Shown piece after piece: positions 49,617-64,000 of a stretch of 64,000 nt of DNA. Below the pieces are notes generated by a model. The model saw only the letters and a program-made list of their open reading frames with translations. It ran no database searches and had not been told where the DNA came from. The position numbers and the translations under genes were made by a program. The DNA lies in contig JBHGNT010000151.1 of assembly GCA_043228905.1 (NCBI GenBank), forward strand, positions 651-64,650, written 5' to 3'. The stretch comes from Azolla caroliniana (Eukaryota; Plantae; Polypodiophyta). Within the stretch, counting starts at the first letter, position 1, and every line of letters starts with the position of its first letter.

Positions 49617-52600
49617 TTAAGGTGTTCCGAGTGAGAGCTGTATGACAAAAGATTGCCACGTACGGTTTGGAGGGCAGCATTGACTGACCCCTATTTAAGT
49701 TTGGTTGCTCGGGCTGTTACACTTTCTGATTATGGTATGGTATTGTCGGATCCAAATGTAGGTACATTCTATCTATTTGCTATATCTTCTCCAGGGGTTT
49801 ATGGGATTATTACAGTGGGTCGGTCTAGTAGGGCGGCCGTTCAGTCACCTGTGGTACTAAAGCAGCCAGCCCGGCCCGCCCATGTGGTCAAATTGTTTGT
49901 AGTGTGGAATGATCTGCTCTATACAGGGTGTAGGGCTCTTCGACAGAACTAGTAATAGGCTTGACTCGCGATTTGAAGGGTAGGGGGGGTTCTTGTGTAG
50001 GAGGCTAAAAGGGGATAGGGATACGTTCAAAGAAGTTCAGGAAGAAAGGAAGAGCATGCCGTAAAAGCATGGTTGAAGGTCGATCCTGTCTTCCCAGGGA
50101 GTACCTAACAACACCATGTGGAAGAACCAACCTTGTGGATCAGGATGAGGTGCCGTCCTAGCGAATTGAAGTCTCCTTGGGTAGCCAACGACCTACAGTT
50201 ATCCTTGTACCTCTGTGCCGAGCGAACGACTGTACGCTGTCTTGTTTTCTGCCAGCTGGGATTGCTTGCCGGCCAGATCGGATTGGAGCAACCATTGCAT
50301 GAAGGCACATTACCCATCCTCTTGGGGACAAGAGACTGAACGACATCCCGATTTACTGCATTCCAGGACATCTGGGATGAGAGCCGTAGGTGATACCGGC
50401 GAAACCCAGCCAGATTTTGTTCTGGCAGGTAGTCAGAGGACTCATAGTACCCGCCCCGAAAGGGGCCCCTCACGCACGCACGGGGAAGACGCTAGTTTTC
50501 AGGGAAGAGGAAAGTCTTTATTTCTTTTTCCACGTTGTTTTCTTCTAGCAGCAGGAAAGGAGTCTGGATGTCTGCCTAGCTTCGGCAGATTCTACTCAAC
50601 GCAATCTGCAAACTCGAATCCCCGAAACCTGACTCAATGCGGAATAGAATTGATCGTCGTTTGGTGGATCTCCAGCAAGCAGTTTTAACTAAAAGAACAG
50701 GACATACCACAAAATTCAGAGAGAGAACACGAAGCGATCGATCTGCTTACCGAGGGCTAAGGCTAGACCGCAGGACCTGGATTTATGACGTCCGGCCCGC
50801 TCCTCTCGAGTCCTGCCTGCTGGGAACGAACCACGAGGACGACCGCCAAGAACGGGCGTACTCGAGGGGGGCCAGAACCAAGCCCAAACGGGACGGAAGG
50901 GTACGGAGCGAGGTATTATAAAGCATTGCTTTATGGCGGCCGAAGAAAAGAAAAGAAAAGAAAAGAAGCGGTTTTCATCATCATGCATGAAGGCGCGCGC
51001 GCGCGCCGGTTCATCATGAAGGCGCTGAGTCAGAATTTTCCACTCCGCTAAACTAAAGAGGACGACAGAGAAGCAGGAGACGACGAACCCCTGCAACTAC
51101 GTCGGACCTCTCGGAGTGAAAAAGAAAGCCAGATGGTGGTAGACTATCACGTACGGCTTTGCCCTCCCCGCCAACCACGTGTCAATGTGCCTCTACGGAA
51201 GGAACATCGACGGGCGGGTTTCCCGGGCGATCTAAAGCAAGTTGTTGGGGTAGAGAGCCGTATGCGCGGCGACGTGCTCGTATGGTTCGGAGAGGACTCA
51301 GCGTACACTGATCCTGTTGATTGGTGGAAAAGCAGCTTCACTCCTTATTCCAAATATGCTTTTTCAGGAGTATCATGATTTGCCGTCTAAATGGTTTTGT
51401 ACGAAGTATCTATTGGTCCTATTATCATTACTGCACTAATTTGTGTAGGTTTTTGTAATTTTAGTGAGATTGTCATAGCGTAAGAGCAGATATGGTTTCG
51501 CATTCTCTTGTTCTCCGTATTGATTCTGTTTTCTATCTTTCGCTCAGTAGAAACTAATCGAGCTCCGTCTGATCTACTAGAAGTAGAAGTTGAATCAGTC
51601 GTGGGCTATAATGCGGAATATCTTTTAATGGGATTTGCTCCCTCTCTTTCGGGAGAATATGCTAATACGATCTTAATGAGGTGCGGAGCCTTGCATCCGA
51701 CATTCGTTGGGCTTCCGCTCCCTGCAGGAGCCAGCGTCCCCTCAAGGGCTTTGTGCAGTAAACTCCTCCGGGCGACGATCTGAAGACTAGTAGGTCCCGC
51801 GAAGCTTTCGAAGAGGGGTAGCCTGGTGTGTAAGCACAGCAATGAACCGCGAACCCGTCGGACGACCTATCTAAGATTAGGAGGATATCTCAGGTGGTTA
51901 TCCCGCAACTCTTCCCCAGACCTATACTATCGAATGCTCATATGGGAAAGTGCGCTCTTAGGTCTGGAACCAGGGAGGGTTGCTCCGAGAAATCCCTTCT
52001 CGTTTCCTCCAGGGGGTGCGGACACACTTGCACGGATTACAGGTGACGGCTACAAAGATGGCGGGGAAGGAAACAGTACCCGACATCCAGGGATGAATGT
52101 AAACTCATTGGACAGGGGTAATCATTCTGGTCCTGGGAGAGAAGACTCACCAACAACAGTGGTAGACACTAGTCTGAAAGGCTAGCAAAACAGAATCACC
52201 GAGACAACGGCAGCCCCATGTACTCCTGTTGCGGACGAGAGACTGCTTGCTTGCTTGCTTGCTACTGGCGTCCCATGAGCAAATTGAGTCTGAACCAGGC
52301 GACTTAACCCCCAGCGAAGAGGGATTTCTGCTGAAAACTTGTTCGTTACGTTACGTTAAAGGGGATCTTTTTGGAATGGTCGGAGAAAGACTCGCTGCGC
52401 CTCTTGTCAGGCGCCTTGCTCGAGCCCGCGGGAGAAGTGATGGTACTGTTTATTTCCAAAAATTCGTTCTCGGAGTCAGAAGGTAAAGCACCGTATCTCA
52501 CAGCTCCCTACTAACGCTCCGCTATCAATTCCAAGTTAGAGGAGGGAGGAGTACCCTGGTCTGGTAGCCAACCCACTTTAATGCTATCGCATTCTCTCTG

Positions 52601-53397
52601 CTGGGTTAAAACCTAAAGAAAGTGTGCTTATCAGCAGCAAGCACAAACCCGGTTGGTTGTTTTCAGCTGCCCTTTCTGTAGGTTGAGTGGCTTCAATCTC
52701 TCCCCCCGGCAGGCAGGCAGGCAGGCAGGCAGGAACTTTCTCGCTCGGCCTTTGACCACCTACCTCTCATTGTTCTCCTGGGGACTCACTCACTTTAGAG
52801 ATTTTTCTCCGTCTATGCGGGCTCTAAGCCGATGAACCGGTTCATCATGAAGGCCTTCATGATGAAAAAGGGGTTGGCGGGTTTGATGAACCGCCTTGTA
52901 GGCCAGCCTGAACTGTAAGTCGATCCCACTCTGCTGCTGCTGTGCCAACCACCACCGAGACATCCATGCGAGAGAGAGATCGGATTCGAAGACCTAAACG
53001 TTGCATTGGTTGGAGAAGAGGAAACTCAATATTCCCGGGACGGAGCCGTATGACGCGAGAGTGTCACGTACGGTTCTTTGAGAAGGGTGTGGATACACCT
53101 ATTGGGCTAAGGGCCACAGAGCCGCGCCCTCACTCTCCTAGTCTATGTACACCGCCTTTCCCGGGAGGTTGGCCATCCATTTTAGATCTTCCTAGTTTCC
53201 AGGGAATTCCGGGCTCAATCTGGTTTGGCACAAAGGTTATTTTCTTTCCGTTCGTATATATATGGGTTTGCGCAGCATTTCTATGACATTGTTATGATTA
53301 ACCAATGAGACTTGGACGGAAAGTCTTCCCGCCTTTATCATTAGCTCGGGTAGTTTCTGTATTCGGCGTTCCAGTAGCCTTTGACTGGCTACCTCAA
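48572..53397 (+). CDS. nad1: nad1 copy 2; exons 48572-48829, 49695-49830, 51347-51680, 53139-53397
   Basis: Repeat copy with the same three cis group II introns. Confidence 0.94.
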
Positions 53398-53859
53398 TGA
53401 ATTGAGCATACTGTGATGTTGAACGTCATAATTAATGGGGTTCTGGTCGGAAGAAAACGGCGTCCAGACCCCTCTCACGCACGCCCGCCGATGGAAATTT
53501 CGTAAACAGAATGCCGCCTTGCGATCGTCCGATCGATGCTTCTTCGAGGGTGAGAGCACCGACCGGGAAAATAAAAGGAGGAAAGAACCGATACCCCAGC
53601 TACTACGGCGCGCGCCTCCCAGATCACAACAATATCTTCTTCTTTTGCTAGGCTTACGGCAGACGCCCTCGGCATAATCGCAATGGACGGCCCTAGGTAC
53701 GGTAGTGGCGAGTCCAGGTTGCTTGACCTAAACGATTTACCGCCAACCGAAAGGTAATCGTTCGGTTATGTCAAGGGGTGAGTGCTGTGTCAAGCGGGCG
53801 GATGCATGATGAACGCTTTTCGGGGCCGCACGCAGAAGGAAAAACACAGATTGCGAAAT

Positions 53860-54240
53860 ACGCCTACCATAAATTAATTGCTTCGTCATTGTAGAAGGGC
53901 AAAACGTCACAAAACATGTACTTGAGCTTCGAATTAATGTCTCTAAAAGTTTGGGGTACGCCCGCGTGTTTCGACAAGAACACTAAAAAAACCTAATCTG
54001 GCTTTATGCAAGATAGCCAAGGCACGTTCAAGCAATTGAAGGAATATCATTGCTCACATCTTTGGCGAGGGTTATAATTCATAGGAGCATCCTGCGGTTA
54101 CGGCTAGAGGAGGTAGAGTGAAAGATTCGTTAGGTGTGAATTATCATCGTATTCGAGGAGTTAAAGATTCGTAGGGAATCCCGGATTGAAGATGAGGCAG
54201 ACTAAAACATGGTACAGAGAAACCTAAGAATTCGATACGA
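53860..54240 (+). CDS. rps12: Ribosomal protein S12, copy 2
   Basis: Repeat copy of 17292-17672. Confidence 0.94.
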
Positions 54241-54929
54241 ATAAAAAGGTCAAATCAGGGAATGGTTGCTTTTCTCGCTCATCGCCTTCAGACCGGTTTA
54301 ATTTTTCGGGAAGACTTTCAGAATGACCGGCGGAAACTTTTGGAACGGAAAGCCATCCGCTTCGATCCCATTGCAAATATTTCTGCGCCCATCTAGCAGG
54401 GCTTTTGTCACCCAGACCCAAGGGAGGCCGTGAAGGAAGCACATACAGCTGCTCGGAGAGATTAAGCTACATCTGGGGAGTGGATAATAAACAAAAAAGA
54501 TTAATCAAGAAATTAGTCCACTTTTGTATGATTGATGGTAAAAGAACAAAATCTCGTGTTATTGTTTCCTAAACTTCTTCTCGTCTTTCCTGAACTGAAC
54601 CCGATGTTCATGTTATCACACTCCTGGCTAACGCCATAGAGAATGTCAAGCCTACTCGCGAAATCAAGAAAGTGAGAATCGCAGGGACTACTCGTAATGT
54701 ACTCAAGATTATTGCCAAAGAACGTTAAGAAACCTTAGCTTTTCGTCGGATCATGGAAGCAGCTGTCAAATGACGTACTATGAGCAGAAATAGCCAGAGC
54801 TTGGATTAATGTTCATCTGCTGAGATACCGGATGCTTATCAAAGAAAGGGAAATGTTCGTAAAAGAAGGGATGATCTTCATAAACCGGCAGAGGCCAATA
54901 GAAGTTTCGCGCATTATAGGTGGCGGTGA
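54237..54929 (+). CDS. rps7: Ribosomal protein S7, copy 2
   Basis: Repeat copy of 17669-18361. Confidence 0.92.
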
Positions 54930-56908
54930 ACCATTGAAAACATGTAATGAGCTGGGGTCAAGAGCTGTTAGACACTTTAGCAGCACACACCCTACATCGC
55001 AGAATCGAGTAATTGGTAATCCATCGTTCGAATGCTTAATGATTCTAATATTGACAATGAGACCTGCCAAAAAAAAAGAAAGCGAGAATTCGATTCTGGT
55101 GTGAATTTGGTGCTACGTGAATTTAATGAAGAAAGTTCGCACTCCCTTCCCTACTGATAATTGGGGGCATCTGAGCCCGCCCCTCGGACATGGGGGCACA
55201 AAAGCAGCACAAAAAGCACTATACCCTCCCTGTCTAACTTGTTAAAAAACAACGGAGTAAGTCTTTGCCGGCATTGTTAAGTCATTGGAAAAAGACACCT
55301 AACAACAATGAAGATTCGTTTCCAGAGAGTTTATTCACCGTTGCTCCTGGAGAATACTCTGCAAACAACAAACCGTGCGTGCCCTTTCAAGGTTAATCTC
55401 AACGATGAAGCGGCTAGCTCGACTCCATCGATCCTGTGTACAATGTCTCAGATTACAGGCCTTCGCTGTGGCGGAACTTGATGACCTGGACTGCGAAGAG
55501 CCCTATAGTGACGGCGATAGCGAAGCAGAGGTTGAAGAATTTCTTTTGCCTGCTTCTAACTTTATTATCAAGAATAATGTTCTGGCGGTCAGCGTTAGAT
55601 AAATCTCATAAGAAATATATTCAAATAGGAATTTGTACGTTCAAACCGTGCGTGTGCCAATTGCTCGAAGAAGCAAAGGTTAAGCTTGAAGCCGAAGAAA
55701 AGAGAGGTAAGGAAAGATTAATGATAAGCGATGGATTGGGCCAAACAAATTCGGCGGATTTCTTGAGAAGGAAGGAATACTTGCAAAAAATGATCGAACA
55801 ATTTGTTGACGAGAGATCAATCTATAATAACTCGCTGGACCTTTTTGATTGATAAGCTGACCAACAAAAGGCAAACCAACATGCAGGATAGGTTTATTGC
55901 GCACTTCAAGAAAGATAAAGAACTAATAGACATTTTAACGTCCTTCGATGTATATACGATTGAAATACTTACGATATTTTAGAATCTTTATTGTTAGATT
56001 GTTTATTAATAGGGATTGCCTCTTTTCCAGAGTCTAAATTATTATTATTAAAATCTTTACCGTCAGATTGTTTATCAACAGAGATTGACCCAGACTCAGA
56101 TTTTCTTGAGTCTGAATTAATCGAAAAACAAAATAGCCACGGCCTTTACCATTAAACTTACATTATAACACTTTTTTTTCAATTTCAATATCTCATTTTC
56201 TAATGCTATTGTATGACAGCAGAAAAATTGCGGTATAAATGAAAATATTATTAATACAAAGAAAACCTTGTTTTCTTCTTTGATCAAACAAACTCATATC
56301 TTTAAATAATAAACGAATTCTAGTTTGAATAGAATCTAAAGCTACTTTTGCTTTCATTCACCAAAAGCAGCTGCTTTGGTTGCGTTGGTTGTTAACCATT
56401 TTAAGAGAGTGTATAAGGACCTACCACTCTATACGGCGGTGTACGATTGCTTCATATCAAACTACAAAGTATCTTCACTATTACCAGATCTATATAAATC
56501 AACCCTGTTCGGGTCTTTAGGTTGTCCGATGGCAACCAAAGCGTCTTTCTATTGTTCCCCGAACCATTCGAACTCTTTTACCAGATTCTTGGCAGTCCCT
56601 TTCCCAAAGAAAGTTGGGAAGTGCAGTCTCTGCAGGCAGGCAGTTAGCCCCTCGGGTCGTTCAGTCTCGAAGGTATGGTTCGGGCTTCGTTCGTTTCTTG
56701 TGACCAGATTCATTGGTTCGAGGCTACGTACGTTGGATCGGGTTCGGGCCCTAAAATATGTGATTGGGTAATTACGATGGCTCGTATACACGTTCGAGGA
56801 TCACTCTCCAGGCGACGGAGGACTGCTTAGTGATTGAAGGGAGAGAAGAAACCCATTTGATTTCTCACTAGAGGCCTAATGATTGCATAACTCTGAGGTT
56901 CCAACTGC

Positions 56909-56994
56909 TACGGATAGAGGGATTTGAACCCCCACGACTGAGTAAGGTCACCAGAACCTAAACCTGGCATGTCTACCAATTCCATCATATCCGC
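56909..56994 (-). tRNA. trnL: tRNA-Leu(UAG), copy 2
   Basis: Repeat copy. Confidence 0.92.
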
Positions 56995-57121
56995 ACATCG
57001 ATTCTTATTTCGAAACCACCCTTTTTCACTGCTAACTGGATAGAGCTAAGAACGCCAATGGCTCGGATGGCGTAGCAATTAGAGGAAACTGAAACACCAC
57101 CCCGTATTTTTCGATTCTCCC

Positions 57122-57153
<32 letters not shown>

Positions 57154-57299
57154 ACGCGCGACTTGCTCAATGGAGCCCGCTTACGACGATCCCTTTTAAC
57201 CTCTCAGGCTCTTATAGAAGGCTTATAGAATGCCTATATGCTTTCCAAATCAAGTTAGGGTGATGGGAAAGTGGGAATGCTAACTTATGACCATACTCA

Positions 57300-57386
57300 C
57301 GGATGGAGAGGGATTCGAACCCCCGGTATCTCTCCGAATACTTCGGTTTTCAAGACCGACTCTTTAAACCGCTCAGACATCCATCC
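57300..57386 (-). tRNA. trnS: tRNA-Ser(UGA), copy 2
   Basis: Repeat copy. Confidence 0.93.
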
Positions 57387-57604
57387 CTTTCCCGACAAGA
57401 TCACGAGCCATCAATAATCAACGGGAAAGCGTGCCAAGCTTTCAGGTCTTTGTAAATCGCACGCAACGCCTTCAGAAAACAAATAGGTTGTACCGCAGGG
57501 CCTCCTCTTTGGCCCCTCCGACCAGAAAGGTTAAGCGTGGTAATTGATCATTCTATTTTAGATTGATAGGAACTAAGGCGTCCTAATAACCAAGTTTACA
57601 ACCA

Positions 57605-57677
57605 TGGGCAATAACGGACTCGAACCGCTGACTCCCTCGGTGTAAACGAGGCGCTCTACCAACTGAGCTAATTACCC
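57605..57677 (-). tRNA. trnV: tRNA-Val(UAC), copy 2
   Basis: Repeat copy. Confidence 0.93.
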
Positions 57678-57790
57678 GGAGTGCCGGCGATACTTCGGAG
57701 TCTCGCCGGCTCTGTTTTCTGTAGGTCACATAGAAATTTATCCATTCTTTCTACGGCCACGTCAATCCGCTTCTTTTCTTGTTGGGCCGC

Positions 57791-58796
57791 TAGCAATTGT
57801 CTAGCTTCTGCGTTTAGTTTTTTTTTTCGCTCTCGAACGGTTACGATGAACCGGTGCATATGGCCGGAGAACCAACCTTTGGTTCGAGATGGATTCGGCC
57901 TTCCCTTACGTCATGTTCATGGCCTTGCATTCCAATGATCACTGCGCTTCACTTGGCTCCAGAGAGCAAGAAGGCCTAGCTAGAACAACAATCTCAGTGA
58001 CAAAATTGACCTCGGCTAGAAGGTTACGTAAGTGAATTTCAGTCGGGCCAGCAGCAGTGTTCACATGTTCATAGATGCTCCAATGAAAAAGCATAAACAT
58101 CACGAAGCCCGTCTAAAGTTTAGTTTTTTTCTTCGCTGAAAAGCAGCAGCTCTCGATACACTGGTGCATATGGCCGGAGAACCAACCTTTGGTTCGAGAT
58201 GGATTCGGCCGAAGGGAGTGAGAACCGGCGTGTTGGCATTAACAATCATGCTCTCATCTTTCGAATCAGTCGTTACGGGGTCAATGAGCTAGCTCGTAGC
58301 TACGAGAGAGATTCCCTAAGAACAAGGTGGTTCTGGAATACGAGATAAAGCAACGAGGACAGTGGGAACAAGACCTTTTGGTGGTGGGACCCTGGACTGT
58401 TTAAGTGTTGGTCCCGGGGCACCTATCCTGGCGCATTCTTGCTTGCTTGCTTGCTTGCTGAACCCGGGTTGGCGTTAGCTAACCGCCTACCAAACTTGAC
58501 CTGCTTTCATCTTGGGGCCTGACCCGCTTTATTCCTCGTCGTTGAGGGCGTGCTTGCTTGCTTGCTTGCTTGCTTGCTGGGGCACTCGACCGCAATAAAG
58601 GGAGAGAAGCTTTCACGACTTCCCACGGTGTGGCCATTACTCTCAAAGGGTAAGCTGGTTTCACCGTTATGAGCCAGTTATTGAAAAAGCGTTCGCACGC
58701 TTGTGGGGCGAAAGGCCAGAGGAGGACTCCTTTTCCCTCTTCTTGTGGTCCTTCGGACTTCAACAAAGGAACGGCGGAGTCGTAGCTCTTTGATTC
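57791..58796 (-). other. 5' half of the rrnL group I intron (through the 5' strand of P8), broken in L8
   Basis: Copy of 32190-33195; the S element, P9 and 3' exon are replaced by trnV-side sequence. Confidence 0.85.
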
Positions 58797-59806
58797 ACCC
58801 CTAGCCACGAGTCATCCCCGTATTTTGCCACATACGTGAGTTCGGTCCTCCAAGGCCTCTGTGGAGAGCTCGATTCAACCTGCTCGTGGCTAGATCAATC
58901 GGTTTCGGGTCAAATAGAAACAACGCCGAAGATTCAACCTCGTTGCGCCTACACCTAATGGCTTAAGCCGCTGTTCCCATTCACTCGCTGACCCATTATG
59001 CAAAAGGTACGCCGTTAGGGTGGAAAGTGCTAAAGCGAGAGCCGACAACGCGAAGCTTCGCTCAAGGGTTCGCGTATGCGAACATTAGTGGCTTTGCCTC
59101 CGAAAGCTACAGCGCTTTCTCAGCTTCGCGTATGCGTTCCATCGAACATTAGTGGCTTTGCCGCATTTTCTCAGCTTCGCTCTTCCGACTGATAGTTTGC
59201 ATCGGATTTCAGGTTTTCTATTGCACTCCCGGCATACGGCGGGGTCTTTTCACTTTTCCCTCACGGTACTTGTGGTACGCTATCGGTCATTGAGGAATAC
59301 TTAGGCGCGGGGGTGGTCCCCCTTAGTCACGTAAAGCGATCATTATTCAAACACGGTATCCGCGTTTTGTAATGGTAATCAAACTTGCCAGGAAAGATCT
59401 ACGGGGCTATCACCTTCTTTGGCCAGATCTTCCAACCTTTTCAGAATTCCTTGAGGAAGGGTTCCCACCCTTCCCTCTACTGCAAGTTCTCCCCCGCACG
59501 GGGCCAGGGAAAGCGGCCCTTCTGGGCTGGGGCCCCTTCCCTTTTCTTTGCCTAATCCGCTTTCGCTCGCCGCTACTAACGGAGTCTCAGTTGATTTCCT
59601 TTCCTTTAGCTACAATGATGTTTCAGTTCGCTAAGTTTCTCAAGTCCGAGGCAGAGCCGCAGCACACGGCATGCCCGGCAAGCTTGGATACGGTTTCCCG
59701 ATTGGAAACCCATGGATCACAGACGGTATCTCCCCATGGCCTTTCGCCTTTGGAAGCGTCCTTCCCTCTCAATGCCCAGGCATCCATCCAATGCATTCTT
59801 TTCGAT
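58797..59806 (-). rRNA. rrnL: rrnL 5' exon only, copy 2
   Basis: Copy of 33196-34205 with no linked 3' exon. Confidence 0.9.
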
Positions 59807-60106
59807 GCAGTAGGAGTTGAACCTACCGAACACCGTACAAAATCTTAATGAGTGTTCTGCGATCGCCACTCAACCTGTGACTGCTTAAAACCGAGACAAA
59901 AAGAAGCCCGCATAGATTATTATACAATAATCTTCGGACGTTTGTAAAATGCGGAAGAAGCGCGGAAAGAATTGGTCGAGTACTTGGACAGAGGATTCAT
60001 TGTTTCGACGAAAACGTCTACCAAATGACCCTGCATCCTCTGTTTTTTCCTTTACGCTCTTGAGTTCTCTTTCCGTGCTGTGCGATACGAAGTTTGTACA
60101 ATCCGC

Positions 60107-60144
<38 letters not shown>

Positions 60145-60609
60145 AAGGGCTTCGTCCTTCCTCCTTTCTTAGCGTCTCGTTTAACTAAACACTTTAGATT
60201 TCCCTGACAAGTTCCCTAGCTCTCTCGAGCGTAAGAGTTGAGGAACAGATTTTCCGATAATGCATGCCAGCCAGGGATTTACGCATCATTGGTATTGTGT
60301 GTTTACCGTTCTAATCTGTCTTCACATCCATAGCTTGCTTTTTTGCGTTGTCGTACGCCTTTTCATTGTTTCTGGCTGATATCAGATTCGCATCTGACCT
60401 TTAGGCAATCGCATATACGATTTGAAAGGGTCCGGGCTGTCGAACCACGTCTCCCGAAAATTATCAGTACATATGGCAGAAAACGCTTTTCACATATCGA
60501 GGTCGGAATGGGATCGGGTGTTTCACGTCTTACAAAGATGCCCGGACGGAACGAAACGCTTGATTAATGAACAAAAGAGTGCTAACGACAAAAGCGGCGG
60601 GCGCCGAAC

Positions 60610-60646
<37 letters not shown>

Positions 60647-61374
60647 GGAAAGTGCAAATACAGCTGGTACTTAGCCTTCGATCGCTACCAACCTCACAAG
60701 GATGTCATCAATTCGCAGGTGGTTATTAAGTAAAAAGTGTAATATAAATGGCTACCAAACCAAAGTTCTTCTTTTGAACTTTCAAGAAGGCCTGAATATT
60801 CATGGATTATTATACGATAATCTTTAATGCGGCTCAGATTGCGGAAAGAATTGAATGCTGGAATTTCGAAATTCCGTTGGTAAAATTCAGAAGGATCATG
60901 CAAGAAGGCAATATCATCTTCTGGCCATAATCTGCGAATCCAGCAAAGCAAAGCAAAGCAGCACTTTTCTTTTCACTTTAAACCGAGCCGGCGGCAATCT
61001 TGATGAATCACTGGCAAGAAGATGCTTTGCACTTTTCTTTCCACTTTAAAGCAGCAATCTTTGAACTCGGAAATGGCACTTTTCCCTGCAAGCCTGAAAC
61101 GCACGCCTTCCCCAAAAGAAAAGCGGAACCACCTAACGAGTATTTTAAACAGCAAGCATGATGAACCGGCATGTTCATCAAACCAAACAGGTTCTTCATG
61201 CATGCATGAAGGCCTTCATGATGATGAAAACCGCTTCATTGGAATGTCACCGTCTCATTGACAACACGAATGATAACGAATTGACAATATGAATAGTCAC
61301 GTTAGTTTCCCATTCTTAAGCATGGATTATTATACAATAATCTTCATTTGCTTTTTTACTGTTGACAACATGTA

Positions 61375-61448
61375 GTGCGGGGGCAGGGTTTGAACCCGCA
61401 GTCTTCAGGTCATGAGCCTGACGAGTTGGCCATTTACTCCACCCCGCA
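61375..61448 (-). tRNA. trnfM: tRNA-fMet(CAU), copy 3
   Basis: Repeat copy. Confidence 0.9.
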
Positions 61449-61820
61449 AGCAAGCAAGCAATTGATCTCTCTCTAGCGAATCGGAATTTATTTTAGAAAA
61501 AAAGAAGCCAGAAAATAGATTGCCATAGCCATGGGTTCAAACCTTTCCCCGAAGCTGCCGGCCGAAATCAACCGTTGCCAGTCGTTGTGTCCAACGAAGC
61601 TACGCGTAATGACTGTCCCTACCAAAAGACAAACAAACAAAGCATTTCTATAGGAGGTAACTGGGCCAATTCCCGCAAACCACCTATAGGTTAGGTGGCG
61701 GTGATCTATCGGCTTGTTCAATTCCCGCCGTTATCCGCTCACCCGCCTAACGCTCCTACAAACAAAAGGGAGGGTCTCCTTAGTAATTACGTGAGGGGGC
61801 CTCCTTCCCCATCTCTTGAA

Positions 61821-63007
<1,187 letters not shown>

Positions 63008-64000
63008 ATAGAGTCAAGCTTCTGCCGAGGAGAAGTGATCGTAGTTGTGCTCTCCGAACCGTGCGGAATAGTCGCCCATTACACGGCTCTCTAACTTGAC
63101 TTTATCTGGGTCTTGTTTAACCCCAGAGGCCGAAAGGAGGGTGGAAACTTCCTCACAAGTTCCCTCCTCCTTTCCTCCTTGGGGACCCACTTTGTGATTT
63201 CCTGAAGTCCACTCTCTCCTGGAGTTTGCAGAGAGGAAAATGGCTTTTCAGTTAAGTCAGGTAAAACTTGCTTGCCTTTTCGCCGAAAAAGCAATAGAAA
63301 AAAGTTATGAATACAAGAAAGAAGAAACCGCAACCGCAGCCCTGGATGATTCTTCCTGAAGTAAGTTCTAAAGAATGCCCTAACCAGATTGATTTATCCA
63401 TTTCACGTAATTCGGTCGGTTACGTGTTTTTCATAGCACCTTTCATGTCGTGCCACATAAAGATGGATTACCTAAAATCAGTTGAATTCCTAAATCATGA
63501 AAACAACTTTCACACGACGGCATCAAACGGGGCAAATCATCCATCTAGGAAGAACAGGATGTGGTTCCCAAAGAATGCTTTGACACCAGTGTTTCCTTCC
63601 TGTACTCCAGTGTTTTCGGAGCATCCTAATGGTTACACAAAATGGTCAAAACCTTAAAGACTTTGGGATTATTAGAAACGAATACTTCCCACACGTGTTC
63701 TCTAGGAGAGATTAGTCTCCCGCGAGTGCCTAAAGAATAGACAATCGACACTTTCTTTTTCAACGAAGGGAGTCCTTCACATTCCCATAGCCCTTTCTCT
63801 CTAGCTTTCTCTTGCTATACCGTCGCCGTTGCTGTTCTCAACCCTTTCATAATGTTACGCGGGCAGGAGAGCACTGAGGTAAAGTAACGGACGAGGGGGC
63901 ACTATGATGGGTGGAAGGGGCGGGCCGGTGATTTTCAAGAGCGGATACCTATCCCTAAACAAGGCACAAACCTTATCGACATACAGGTTCCTACTTGCTT
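63008..64000 (-). other. Group II intron atp1i361g2, continues beyond window
   Basis: Copy of 37407-38399. Confidence 0.85.

Larger units (their letters stand above)
46742..57790. repeat. 11,049-bp direct repeat, copy 2
   Basis: Matches 10174-21222. Confidence 0.96.

Overview
Land-plant mitochondrial DNA, most likely from a leptosporangiate fern. The evidence is the nad1i258g2 and atp1i361g2 introns, a chlamydial-type trnR(UCG), and very dense C-to-U plus reverse U-to-C editing requirements. The supplied ORF track misses nearly every real gene because the genomic frames start with ACG and contain many TAA/TAG/TGA codons at conserved Gln/Arg positions. Genes recovered by hand: nad1 (4 exons), rps12-rps7, nad7 (4 exons), atp6, the 3' exon of atp1, rrnL split by a 1.3-kb group I intron, 14 distinct intact tRNA genes plus two aberrant tRNA-like elements, a decayed rps14 with two maturase-bearing group II introns, and plastid-derived rpoC1/accD/trnM pieces. 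Structurally, 46742-64000 is a copy of 10174-38399 lacking 10,967 bp. The crossover lies in a ~60-bp repeat inside loop L8 of the rrnL group I intron, so the window holds both a cis-spliced rrnL and a broken 5' half, which looks like a cis-to-trans splicing switch. Other notable points: one C-to-U edit (ACGA) that would create both the rps12 stop and the rps7 start, a tRNA-Leu body with an inverted (UUG, Gln) anticodon, a tRNA-like element just upstream of nad7, and a modular palindromic repeat family. All editing is predicted from conservation, not observed.
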